The position numbers and the translations under genes are program-made. DNA of 64,000 bases from Octopus sinensis. Taxonomy: Eukaryota. Location of the stretch: assembly GCF_006345805.1 (NCBI RefSeq), contig NC_042997.1, positions 181,412,001 to 181,476,000 of the forward strand, read 5' to 3'. Positions 43,667-54,116 of this stretch are shown here, piece by piece. The stretch's first letter is position 1, and every line of letters starts with the position of its first letter. Under the pieces are notes generated by a model. It ran no database searches. It was given only the letters and a program-made list of their open reading frames with translations, and was not told where the DNA came from.

Positions 43667-45028
43667 GTGTCTGAGAGCTCGTCAGAACTTTCACCAGAAG
43701 AGTTTCCGACTTTGCCAGAGAACAAAGGCATTGTGTCGAAGAGAATAATTGATGTGCCTAGCATCCAGATAGAACCAAAAAATGGAAAAAAAAGTTTTGC
43801 GTTGGCTGCTGGGGGTGGAACCCAGATACTGTCGACGAATAAAAGCGAAATTATGAAATACAGCAAAATGATGGAAATAAATGACAACAGTGTGAAAATT
43901 GAACCTCCGCAAAAGTTATTACAGGAAGAAAAGCAAAAAACAATAATTTTCAAAACATATTGTCTACAAAATAGAAAAATTGAAAGAATGTCAGAAGAGA
44001 AAATAGAAAAGTGCTTAAAGCCAATATTGGGCGACGTAGTATTTCTGAGAAGAGGAAAAAAATTCGGAACGGTGGAAGTAAGGTTCACCAATAAAGAAAT
44101 AGCACACAAGAACTCAGTGGAAACGTTGAAAACGAACGACGTGGAGTTAATACCCTATTATATGGGGATGAGGACGTCGCGAATAAAAATTACAAGGGTC
44201 CCGCCAGAGGTCGAACCTATGTGGTTGTTGGCGGCAGTCCTAATCAAAGAGGTAGAAAAAATTACTCTCCTCCAGGCTACCGCTACGGAAAACCCACGCT
44301 GGGATGGTAAAACAATTAATCTTCTCATTCAAGCGGACCCTAAAATAATTCAAACAATTCCTGAGACAATTGAGGTAGGGGAGGAGAACCTCGTGGTGTT
44401 TGTTGAGGGCCGAAAACCTCGATGTTTTTTATGTGGTCAATTAGGCCACATTCGAAGGAACTGCAAGGAAAATGAAGAAGAGGAGGAAGAGGAGAAAAAA
44501 GACAAAGAGGAAGAAGATAAAGAAGAAACAGATGAGAAAAAAACAACAAACAAAAGAAAAATACAACCAGCAACCCAGCCGAGAGCGGCGACTACTACAG
44601 AACAACGACCAAAAAAGACTGCCAGAAGAGAAAAAGAAGAAAAAGGCATAATAGCCGTATACACTAAAGATACTGAGCTCATGAGAGACATTCAACTCAT
44701 AAAGACTGTAAAAAAAATTGATAACCTTTCAGAGGAATTTATCAATTACGACATATATGAAGTCTCAAATAAGACTTATAGAATTCTACAAAATAAGTAC
44801 AGAAAGACTGTATCTTCATTGAGATTAGATTTTAACAAGTCGATATTTCATGGATTACCAGCTCCGATCCCGCGAGAAAAGGAAAAGGTGGAGATTCCCC
44901 CTCCACCTGATAATTCTGTGTCGGTGGTGAGACGGGATTTTGACAAATCTATTTCCCAAGACCGTCCACCTCCGACCCTGGATAAAAAAAAGGTGGAGGG
45001 TCCCCCTCCACCGGACAATCCTAATTAA
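43667..45028 (+). CDS. Tx1-like ORF1p (Gag-like, CCHC zinc knuckle)
   Basis: 453-codon frame with CFLCGQLGHIRRNC. The true start is probably ATG 43569, with a 1-bp deletion near 43600. Confidence 0.85.
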   Translation: MSESSSELSPEEFPTLPENKGIVSKRIIDVPSIQIEPKNGKKSFALAAGGGTQILSTNKSEIMKYSKMMEINDNSVKIEPPQKLLQEEKQKTIIFKTYCLQNRKIERMSEEKIEKCLKPILGDVVFLRRGKKFGTVEVRFTNKEIAHKNSVETLKTNDVELIPYYMGMRTSRIKITRVPPEVEPMWLLAAVLIKEVEKITLLQATATENPRWDGKTINLLIQADPKIIQTIPETIEVGEENLVVFVEGRKPRCFLCGQLGHIRRNCKENEEEEEEEKKDKEEEDKEETDEKKTTNKRKIQPATQPRAATTTEQRPKKTARREKEEKGIIAVYTKDTELMRDIQLIKTVKKIDNLSEEFINYDIYEVSNKTYRILQNKYRKTVSSLRLDFNKSIFHGLPAPIPREKEKVEIPPPPDNSVSVVRRDFDKSISQDRPPPTLDKKKVEGPPPPDNPN

Positions 45029-45039
45029 ACAGGTAAGTG

Positions 45040-48000
45040 ATGGCTATTCACATTGGTTGTTTAAATGTTCATGGCCTGTTGTCAAGCTGGAAGCAAGGAC
45101 GCTTTCTGAATGACATCAGGTCGAGAAATTTGGATGTAATTGTTGCAACGGAAACCCGGGTGAAGGGGCCAAGAGATCTGCTCCCCCTCCTGAACGGCTA
45201 CGAGAAATACGTTTCTCCGAGTCGGGCGGGAGGTGGGGGTGGGGTGTTGGTCCTACTAAAAAGAAACCGGGTAGCCGAGAAAAAGTTGGTTTTTTCTGAC
45301 CCAGAAGGCAGGCTGGTCGTTCTCGACTTGACATTCAGTTGTGGCAAGACAATCAGGCTGGTCGCTATTTATGCACCAAACATTATTGGCCCGCAAACTG
45401 AATATTTTCGTGGCCTAGGAAAGTTCCTAGCCACGTCGCATTCACTAGTAGTGTTAGGAGACTCTAATACAATATGTGCAGCACACACAGATTGTGTTGG
45501 CTCAAACTCGAACATGAACAGAAAATGTAACACAGGCTTTCGGGATCTGCTAAGTCAATTTCAGCTAGCAGATCCATATAGGTTGGAGCATCCGAACACT
45601 CCACAGTGGACGTGGTCAAATAGTGACGGGTCTACCAGAACATATCTAGATAGGATTTTAATTAGAGAAAAAGATAAGTCCATAGTTGAGTGTCCACAGT
45701 TTTTTCTAGTCAGCTACAGTGACCACAAGATGGTTACCTGTAAACTGACGGTAGATAAGTTGCATAGACAGGGATCTGGCTACTGGAAACTCAATACGTC
45801 CCTTTTGGCGATTGAGGAGTACAGAAAGCGGATCAAGATGTTAATACAGAGGGCATTAACAGGTACCATCATTAATAACAAATGGTGGTACGCCCTAAAA
45901 AGAGCCATCAAATATGAGTCTATTAGGTTTAGCATAAGTTTAGCTAAGAAGGGACGTAAAATAGGAGATGGTCTAGTTAAGGAACTAGAAGAAGCCTGGA
46001 GGACTGGTAATACAGACCAAGCGAGGGTGAAAAGACTGGAGTTAAACCAGCATCTTGAAGCCCACCACATGGGAAGTATTACCAGAGCTAAGTTACGTGC
46101 AATGGGAAGTGAAGGAATCAAAGCCGCTGGATGGGCCCGAGTGGTGGAAGCTCGGCAAGGAAATAGTTCCTCTATTCGGTCTTTGACGAATCAAAATGGT
46201 GTCTTGATAAACGAACCCGAGAAAATGTGTGAGGTCTTTCGGGAGTACTTCGCCCAGCTGTTCGGGGGTGACGGCGGTCCTGGTGGTGGGAGAGCCCTCG
46301 AGGACTTTCTTACCGGGCTGCCGTGCCTCTCGGGGTCGGATGCGGAGTCTTGCGAAGGGCCAATCACACTTGAGGAGGTGATGGAGGCTTTGGCCGATTG
46401 TAAAGCGGGTAAGTCACCGGGACTTGATGGTCTTCCGTACGAGCTGTATAAATGTATGCCAGACTTGTTCGGGCAACTACTGACTGACGTGTACGCGAAC
46501 TGGAAACAGAATGGGTTTATCCCCAGATCTGTGCGCCGGGGAGTAGTGACGTTGGTCAGAAAGGACCCGGACAAGGGGGACGTTCTAGAGAATTTCAGGC
46601 CCATCACTCTGTTAAACGCAGAAGTGAAGATTTTGGCCAAGGTTCTAGCAAAAAGGTTGGCGCGTGTCGCGAATGGTATAGTCGGGGAGGCACAGACATG
46701 TGCCATCCCAGGCAGAACCATTCAGGATACCCTCCATCTTATTCGCTATACCATAGAGAGGTTTGGTAATAAATCTGGCAAAGGTGGGGCATTGGTGCAT
46801 TTGGACCAGTCTAAAGCTTTTGATAGGGTTGACCATCGATACCTAGCGACTGTACTTGCGCGGTTTGGCCTGGGCCTTGGCTTCCTCAGGTGGTTTATCG
46901 CTTTGTACCACAACATTGACTCGATAGTTCGGGTGAACGGTTTCCTTTCGAAGCCGTTCTGCATCAGACGCTCGGTTCGTCAAGGATGTCCGCTTTCACC
47001 ACTTTTGTATGTGATGGCTCTCGAGCCATTACTGCAAAGGTTGAGTGGCATCCCGAGAGAACCAGGACTAGAGGAGTTTGTTACGGCTTTCGCGGATGAT
47101 ATCACTATCAGTGTAACCACAGTGGTACGCCTACGTGAAGTAGGTAAGACTATTGAGGCTTACGAGGAGGTAGCAGGAGCAAAGATTAACCGGGAAAAGT
47201 CGGTCGGCTTGCAGCTCGGCACCTGGGTTGGCAAGTCGATGCCTTCAGACAGTGTTGTTAGGCGCTGGACGGAGGGACCGGTTAAGTTGCTGGGAGTCTG
47301 GTTTGGACCAGGCCTCCAGATAGAGAAGAACTGGACGGAGGTATTGAGCAGGGTGGCTGCAGTAGTCAAGACTTGGTCTTGGCGGTGGCTATCCCTGAAA
47401 GGGAGGGCGGAAGTGGCCAATGTGTTTATCGCATCGGTCATTACCTACCGCCTGACTGTCGTGCCCTGTCCGGATTCGTGGTTGATCAGGTTGGAGAGAC
47501 AGCTCTTTCGCTTTTTGTGGAAGGGCAGGTCGCCACTTGTGAAACGCTCTGTCTGCTGTCAAAAGCCTTTAAATGGAGGTTTAGGGATGCCTTGGTTAAT
47601 GATGCGCAGACATGCGTTGAGGTTGAGGCACCTCTGGATTCTCCTGGATAGTGAACGGGTGTGGTCTCCGCTGGCCAGACAAATGTTCCCTGAGTTCAAG
47701 AGTTTTTGCGAACAGGAAGCCTGGTGTTCTCGTAGACCGAGGTCGAGTGAGTGGCATAAAGAGTGCCGTAAGGCCCTCTTGCTGTTCCGGCGCTCGGGCA
47801 ACGCCAGCGGTGGGGGTTCCACACGGATTTTATATAGTGGGTTGGTAGAGTCTGAATGCGACGATGGCCTGGGGTCGACTCTAGGTCTCGGATTTATTCA
47901 ACTGGACAGCTTGTTTCATCGTACATTCGGGTTGAGAACGTTGGACAACTTCCAAAAGTCCTTAACCTGGCAATGCTACAGAGGTGCCTTGCCCGTTTGG

Positions 48001-48441
48001 GATAAGCTCGCAAGACATGGTAAACGTCAGTCGCCGACCTGTCCAAGATGCGGTGGGGACAGGGAAACCGTCCCTCACGCTATTGTTCAGTGTCCGGAGA
48101 TAACTGAAATGTGGGCTTATGCTGAACATCTGTTGTCCGGCGAAGGAAGAGTACGGCTGTCGACTGAGTCAATTATAAAAATTGACCCACCGGGAGTTCT
48201 AACGAACGAAGGTAAGAATTGTTTTCTCACGGTTGTAGCAATAGCAAAAGAGGCTGTATGGAATACTAGGATAAAAGGAATTAAGACAGGCAACTTTATC
48301 TCTGGTGACAATTTACGATCCTTTTTTTCTTTTCATTTGAAAAGGAAACTGTGGCTGGAGAAGAGGTGTCTGTCAGAGTGTACGTTCCAAAAGAGATGGA
48401 AGTATGTTGCACGAGTGTTGTGCGTGCAAGGAACCGTGTGA
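45040..48441 (+). CDS. Tx1-like ORF2p: APE endonuclease, reverse transcriptase and C-terminal zinc finger
   Basis: Uninterrupted ORF with CLNVHGL, ATET, LGDSN, YLDR, SDH; KSPGLDG, RPITLLN, LDQSKAFD, VRQGCPLSP, FADD; CPRC..ETVPHAIVQC. Confidence 0.96.
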   Translation: MAIHIGCLNVHGLLSSWKQGRFLNDIRSRNLDVIVATETRVKGPRDLLPLLNGYEKYVSPSRAGGGGGVLVLLKRNRVAEKKLVFSDPEGRLVVLDLTFSCGKTIRLVAIYAPNIIGPQTEYFRGLGKFLATSHSLVVLGDSNTICAAHTDCVGSNSNMNRKCNTGFRDLLSQFQLADPYRLEHPNTPQWTWSNSDGSTRTYLDRILIREKDKSIVECPQFFLVSYSDHKMVTCKLTVDKLHRQGSGYWKLNTSLLAIEEYRKRIKMLIQRALTGTIINNKWWYALKRAIKYESIRFSISLAKKGRKIGDGLVKELEEAWRTGNTDQARVKRLELNQHLEAHHMGSITRAKLRAMGSEGIKAAGWARVVEARQGNSSSIRSLTNQNGVLINEPEKMCEVFREYFAQLFGGDGGPGGGRALEDFLTGLPCLSGSDAESCEGPITLEEVMEALADCKAGKSPGLDGLPYELYKCMPDLFGQLLTDVYANWKQNGFIPRSVRRGVVTLVRKDPDKGDVLENFRPITLLNAEVKILAKVLAKRLARVANGIVGEAQTCAIPGRTIQDTLHLIRYTIERFGNKSGKGGALVHLDQSKAFDRVDHRYLATVLARFGLGLGFLRWFIALYHNIDSIVRVNGFLSKPFCIRRSVRQGCPLSPLLYVMALEPLLQRLSGIPREPGLEEFVTAFADDITISVTTVVRLREVGKTIEAYEEVAGAKINREKSVGLQLGTWVGKSMPSDSVVRRWTEGPVKLLGVWFGPGLQIEKNWTEVLSRVAAVVKTWSWRWLSLKGRAEVANVFIASVITYRLTVVPCPDSWLIRLERQLFRFLWKGRSPLVKRSVCCQKPLNGGLGMPWLMMRRHALRLRHLWILLDSERVWSPLARQMFPEFKSFCEQEAWCSRRPRSSEWHKECRKALLLFRRSGNASGGGSTRILYSGLVESECDDGLGSTLGLGFIQLDSLFHRTFGLRTLDNFQKSLTWQCYRGALPVWDKLARHGKRQSPTCPRCGGDRETVPHAIVQCPEITEMWAYAEHLLSGEGRVRLSTESIIKIDPPGVLTNEGKNCFLTVVAIAKEAVWNTRIKGIKTGNFISGDNLRSFFSFHLKRKLWLEKRCLSECTFQKRWKYVARVLCVQGTV

Positions 48442-49895
48442 ATAGACGAGGAAAAAAAAAAAGGAAAAATAAAAAGGTATCAGCGGTAGATCGGGGCTTG
48501 TGGGATCGGAGCGTAACTTGATCATCGCTTCATTTGTATTGTTTTTGTACTGTGTATTCCATTCGATTTTTATGTATTGTATTTTATTTTTGATGTCACA
48601 TTTATGTAAAATCATATCGATTCACTGATCCCATCAGTTGTACTGTCCATATCTATGTTTGGCCCCCGGTGGGCAATAAAGAAATTCGTATTTCGTCTGC
48701 CGTTACGTTCTGAGTTCAAATTCCGCTGAGGTCGACTTTGACTTTCATCCTTTCGGGGTCGATAAAGTAAGTACCAGTTACGCACTGGGGCCGATATAAT
48801 CGACTTAATCCGTTTGCCAGTCCTTGTTTGTCCTCTCTGTGTTTAGCCTCTTGTGGGTAGTAAAGAAATAGGTATTTCGCTCATCGCTATGTTCTGAGTT
48901 CAAACTCTGCCGAGGTCGACTTTGCTTTTCATCCTTTCAGGGTCGATAAATTAAGTGCCAGTTGAGTACTGGGGGCGATGTAATCGACTATCCCCTTCTC
49001 CCAAACTTCAGGCTTTGTGCCTGTTATAGAAAGGATTATTCTAAAGGAAAACTGTGGGAATTCGTAACACTCGTGCCTTTAGAAGAGAATTAGGTGTGTA
49101 ACTAAATCTTGTTCGTTGTTGCTCGCCACATGATTGTTTTTTTAGATATGATTGCGGAATCCGAATTTAAAGATATGTTGATTATATATTTAAAGACAGA
49201 TGACAAGAATGATTTCAAATAGAAACTATATTGAGCGTTTGGCTCATTGATAGTTTACTCCAATTTTCAAACCTAATTTTTCAAAAGATCCACCCACCAC
49301 GTGTGTCTAATTTTAAAGCCAGAACAAGTTTTTGACAGATATTAGTCAGCATATTTATTAATTTTATATATTGCTTCAGTGATTCTCGTGGCTGGGAATG
49401 GGGTTGTAGTGGGGAAGAGTAAGATTGAAAAGGGGCGGAGAAATTGCTATCATAATAAAATAAAAAATGACGAAACTAAATAGTATAAATAATTTATTCT
49501 ATTATTTGATTCTATCTATACATATCATTGTTCAGTATACTAAAAATTCTACCTGAATACAGAGTGATTTTAAAATTTTGTATGAAGCAGAAAAATGTCT
49601 CCATATTTCCGTCCTGATTAGCATTTTGCTCAGCAGTCGAAACGATGACGGTTGAAACACTCGATAAGATTTAACTTGGGTTTAATAATAAAAATAATAA
49701 AAAGACTGAAAAAAAAATCCTAATTTTAGCACTAGGTCACAAAGAGATTATATAACTTATACTATTCAGAACTTGACTGCCGTTTATTTTGTTGATTTGG
49801 GAAGTAAAGTGAACGACGGCGGTATCTGAACCTAAAATGAAAACATTTGTAACTAAATGCACAAAATATTTTGTCAGGTTCTTTACCGTTTAATG

Positions 49896-50147
49896 CAGTG
49901 GTCCTCAAACTGACAAATGTTTACCTTCTCTCTCCAAAAGAATGTTAGTAAAATTCTATTATCTTCCCTTCTATATTAATTAGTGCACAACGGAATTTGC
50001 ACCTATATAATTCTTCTTTCTTCCACAAATTCAAATGCTTAGAACCAGCTTAATTTTATTAAAGCATAGCAATTACTCCGCCCGTTTTCGATTTTCACAG
50101 CCCTCGCGAAGGAAGTCTGCCATCGCCCTCGACTACAAGGACCACTG
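49896..50147. mobile_element. Small hAT-type MITE
   Basis: TIRs CAGTGGTCCT / AGGACCACTG. 8-bp flanks GTTTAATG / GTTTATTT (6/8 identical). Confidence 0.55.
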
Positions 50148-51800
50148 GTTTATTTAATTTAATCTTTGTCTTTAAATTTTAGTCATTTGGAGTCTTTGTT
50201 GATTTGAGGATGACTTATTCCTATGCATTTCTTGATGTTAAAGTATTTATGTTCACATCAATAGTTCTCAGTACGATTGCAGATCATTTGAAAGCAAAAA
50301 GATACAAAATATTTTCAGTTTTGATCACAAAGTTAAAGCTGTTTAAATATTGTCACTTCTCTCGAAAAATGGGGTCATATTTCACTCGGCTTGTATAATT
50401 AGTCTGAATTAATTTAGATTCTTATCTTTAATGTAAGATGCGATACCGAAGAATAAACTTTCACTTTAAAATGACTGATTGAAATGAAATTCACTTTAAA
50501 ATGACTGTTTGTCGGCCACCCTACACGCAGTGTATACTATTTCTGCCATATTTTTCAATATAATAGTTTTGTAACTTAGGCATAAAGCAGGAACTGTCGA
50601 ATATATCGACATCCAGTAGAGAAATATTAGTGGTTTTGTCAATCTGTAGGATTTGAAATTAGAACGCAAAGGAATGCAACTAAATACCAAAAAATGTTTT
50701 GTATAACGCTCTACCTACTTTATTACTCTACCACTCCCTTGTTGATTTGATTTGTAACAATGGCGCAAATCTATCGATTCTGCTGGAGGATGGGAATAGT
50801 ATGCTAAATCGATCTTAGTACTTGACTGGTATTTATTTTATCAGTCATAACTAACGTATTTATTTTATCAGTCATGAAAGCCGAAGGTGAATAAATCTGG
50901 GATGTAAAAGGGTCTAACTAAACACAGTCGGACATTTTAATCTGCAAATTTAATAGTAATTTATAACATCATTGATATATCTGAATTTCCATTGCAGAGT
51001 TTCAGAATTTAGTTCAATTCTGAGACCTAGAGATAATTACTCAAGATTTTGTACATCAGTAATGGAGATAGAGACATTGCTTTTTGAATATAATTAATTA
51101 TATAAAAAATGAAAAATAATAAAAATAATAAAGATTCTGAAAAATAACAACTACAATAAAATATTATTAGATACCATGGAATTTTGTTTCAATCAATTGT
51201 TTTCTTGTATGTTAATTAAAAGACATGGATTGCAGAATGTTTTAAAATTATATTAATGATTCGTTTCTTGATACAACAGTCAACAGTTATTTCTAAAGTG
51301 CAAAGAGACATGCGTGATGTTGAATAGTGAGGCGAGAGAAAAATAGATTGAATTCTTAGTTGAAAGTTCATGATGATGATAATTGTTGTCCAACAAACCA
51401 CTGGAACCGATGATGGAATTCTACTGAGGATTTATATCTTCACGTTTCAGTTACAAATGTTCTCACGTATTCAGTAAAATTACTTCGAGATAGAAAGTTA
51501 GGCAGAAAGAAATAAGATTAGAGAGAGTACGTCAAATTATACGTTACTAAGTGATTCCTTCGTCATAACTAAGACACACACTAGATATATTAACACTAAC
51601 GTAAATATATTTCTTGTGGATGATGTCCTTGAATAATTTCTAAATATTTAAATTTTCTTTTGCTAACATCTACTTCAGCAATAAAGTGAAAGTTAAGCCA
51701 TCTTTTGCTGAAGAAAGCAAAATAAGACCGAAACATCTCCAGAATCGTTTCTTGTATTTAGAGAAAATAATATTAGTCATTGACTAATAACGTCTTTAGT

Positions 51801-52490
51801 GAAGGCGCGTGGCTTAGTGGTTAGGACATTCTGCTCACGATCGTGAGTTCAATTCCCGGCCACGCGTTGTGTCCTTGAGCAAGACACTTTATTTCACGTT
51901 GCTTCAGTCTATTTAGCTGACAAAAATGAGTAGTACCCGTATTTCAAAGGGCCACCCTTGCCACACTCTGTGTCACGCTGAATCTCCCTGAGAGCTATGT
52001 TAAGGGTACATGTGTCTGTGGAGTGTTCAGCCACTTGGACGTTAAATTCACGTGCAAGCTGTTCCGCTGACCGGATCAGTAGGGATCCTCGTCGTCGTAA
52101 CCGACGGAGTGCTCCTATTGTGGAGGCGCAATGGCCTAGTGGTTAGGGCAGCAGCCTCAAGGTCGTAAGATGACGGTTTCAATTCCCAGACCGGGCGTTG
52201 TGAGTGTTTATTGAGCGAAAACACCTAAAGCTCCACGTGGCTCCGTCAGGGTGGGGGTGGAAAACCCTACTGTACACTTTCACCACGAATTTATCTCTTT
52301 CTTTCTGTTTATGTTGTATCTGTATTTCAAAAGGCCAGCCTTGTTACACTTTGTGTCACGCTGAATCTCCCCGACAACTATGTTAAGGGTACACGTGTCT
52401 GTGGAGTGCACATTAATTTCACGAGCAGGCTGTTTCGTTGATCGGATCAACTGGAACCCTCGTCGTCGTAACCGACCGGGTGCCACAAAG
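51801..52490 (+). mobile_element. Two adjacent tRNA-derived SINEs with different heads and a shared 3' part (51801-52112; 52123-52490)
   Basis: Both end ...GTCACGCTGAATCTCCC...CCTCGTCGTCGTAACCGAC. Confidence 0.75.
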
Positions 52491-52774
52491 AGTCTTTCCT
52501 CACTGTATATTTCTAATTTTTTTTTTTATGTTTTGCGTGTTAGATAATTTAACACTAACATGTACATCTCTACAAGCTAAACACATCATAGAGTATCTGA
52601 CTATAGCTATACACTGTAAAAACATTGATTTTAATTATGGAGAATCAGTACAGGGTCATAGTACAACCCTTTAACCTATTGACTGACATGCAACCACTTT
52701 ACAGGTCCGGAATTCTCCTTCAGTGATAAATTACATTCTTTGAAGGAATTTCTTATTTTCTATAAGAACAAACC

Positions 52775-53007
52775 TATTTCTTTACTACCCACAATGGACT
52801 AAACACAGAGAGGACAAACAAGGACAGACAAACGGATTAAGTCGATTATATCGACCCCAGTGCGTAACTGGTACTTAATTTATCGACCTCGAAAGGATGA
52901 AAGGCAAAGTCGACCTCGGCGGAATTTGAACTCAGAACGTAGCGACAGACGAAATACTGTAAAGCTTTTCGCCTGGCGCGCTAACGTTTCTGCCAGCTCG
53001 CCGCCTT
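52775..53007 (-). mobile_element. Tx1-tailed SINE
   Basis: TSD TATAAGAACAAACC at 52761-52774 / 53008-53021. Confidence 0.88.
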
Positions 53008-53642
53008 TATAAGAACAAACCAAGAGCTAGATGAAACCAGTGACGATGTGCGTCCCGAAAATCAAAATAACACAAAATCAAACATGCGACAGTTAATATA
53101 TATCGAATGATATTTTCTGCATCGCACCAGAATGGAGTCAAAATATATTTAGGATGACACCACCACCACCACCACCACCACAACTACCACGACTACAATG
53201 GGTACGAGATCACAAATTTTGGGGAAAACGTTATAGTCGATTAAATCATTTGAGTTCTTGACTATTATTTTTATTTCATCGACCACAAAAGGATGAAAGG
53301 TAAAATCGATCTCAGCGGGAAATTTTATGCAAAACATAAAAAGACTGAAATTACCGCAAAGCGTTAACTCAAAATGCCTTACTGATGCTGTCATAATAAT
53401 GCTATTGTTACTCCCCGAGCACGCACACGCACACACACACACACACACACACATCGATATGCCGATATAAAAAGAAATAAAAAATAATAACATGAAAAAT
53501 TAAATACGGATGGAAGGCAAGTTCGTGTTGCCAATTCAAATTCCGTTTCACTCTATCAATAGGAATGTCAATAATGCCAAAATTTTCAAAATTGTTAATT
53601 ATGCCAATGTCACTAATGTCTATTAGAAACGCATAAACCGTG

Positions 53643-54116
53643 CTACATACATACATGCATGGATACATACATACATACAAACATACATGCATACATACAT
53701 ATATACATACATACATACATACATACATACATACATGCATGGATACATACATGCATGCATGCATACATACATACATACAAACATACATACAAACATACAT
53801 ACATACGTGCATGGATACATACAAACATACATACATACATGCATGGATACATACATGCATACATATATACATATATACATACATACATGCATGCATGCAT
53901 ACATACATACATGCATGGATGCATACATACATACATACATGTATACATATATATATACATACATGCATACATACATGCATGCATATATACATACATACAT
54001 GCATGGATACGTACATACATACATACATGCATACATATATACATGCATACATACGTACATACATGCATACATATATACATACATACATGCATGCATGCAT
54101 ATATATATATATATAT
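53643..54116. repeat. Compound (TACA)/(TGCA)/(TA) microsatellite
   Basis: Direct inspection. Confidence 0.9.

Larger units (their letters stand above)
43336..48686 (+). mobile_element. Full-length Tx1/L1-clade non-LTR retrotransposon
   Basis: 5' UTR, ORF1, ORF2 and a 3' UTR ending GCCC-CCGGT-GGGC-AATAAAGAAATT. TSD CGTATTTCAGCTGCCG (43320-43335) / CGTATTTCGTCTGCCG (48687-48702), 14/16 identical. Confidence 0.93.
43271..49034 (+). mobile_element. Host SINE locus: head 43271-43335, LINE, Tx1-tailed body 48687-48870, old-tail body 48871-49034
   Basis: Outer TSD ATTATTCTAAAG at 43253-43264 and 49035-49046. The head and bodies rejoin into the SINE consensus. Confidence 0.88.

Noticed and set aside
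45116-48311. Antisense and alternative-frame ORFs within LINE ORF2
   Set aside because: Shadow ORFs of a long, GC-richer coding sequence with no recognisable motifs.
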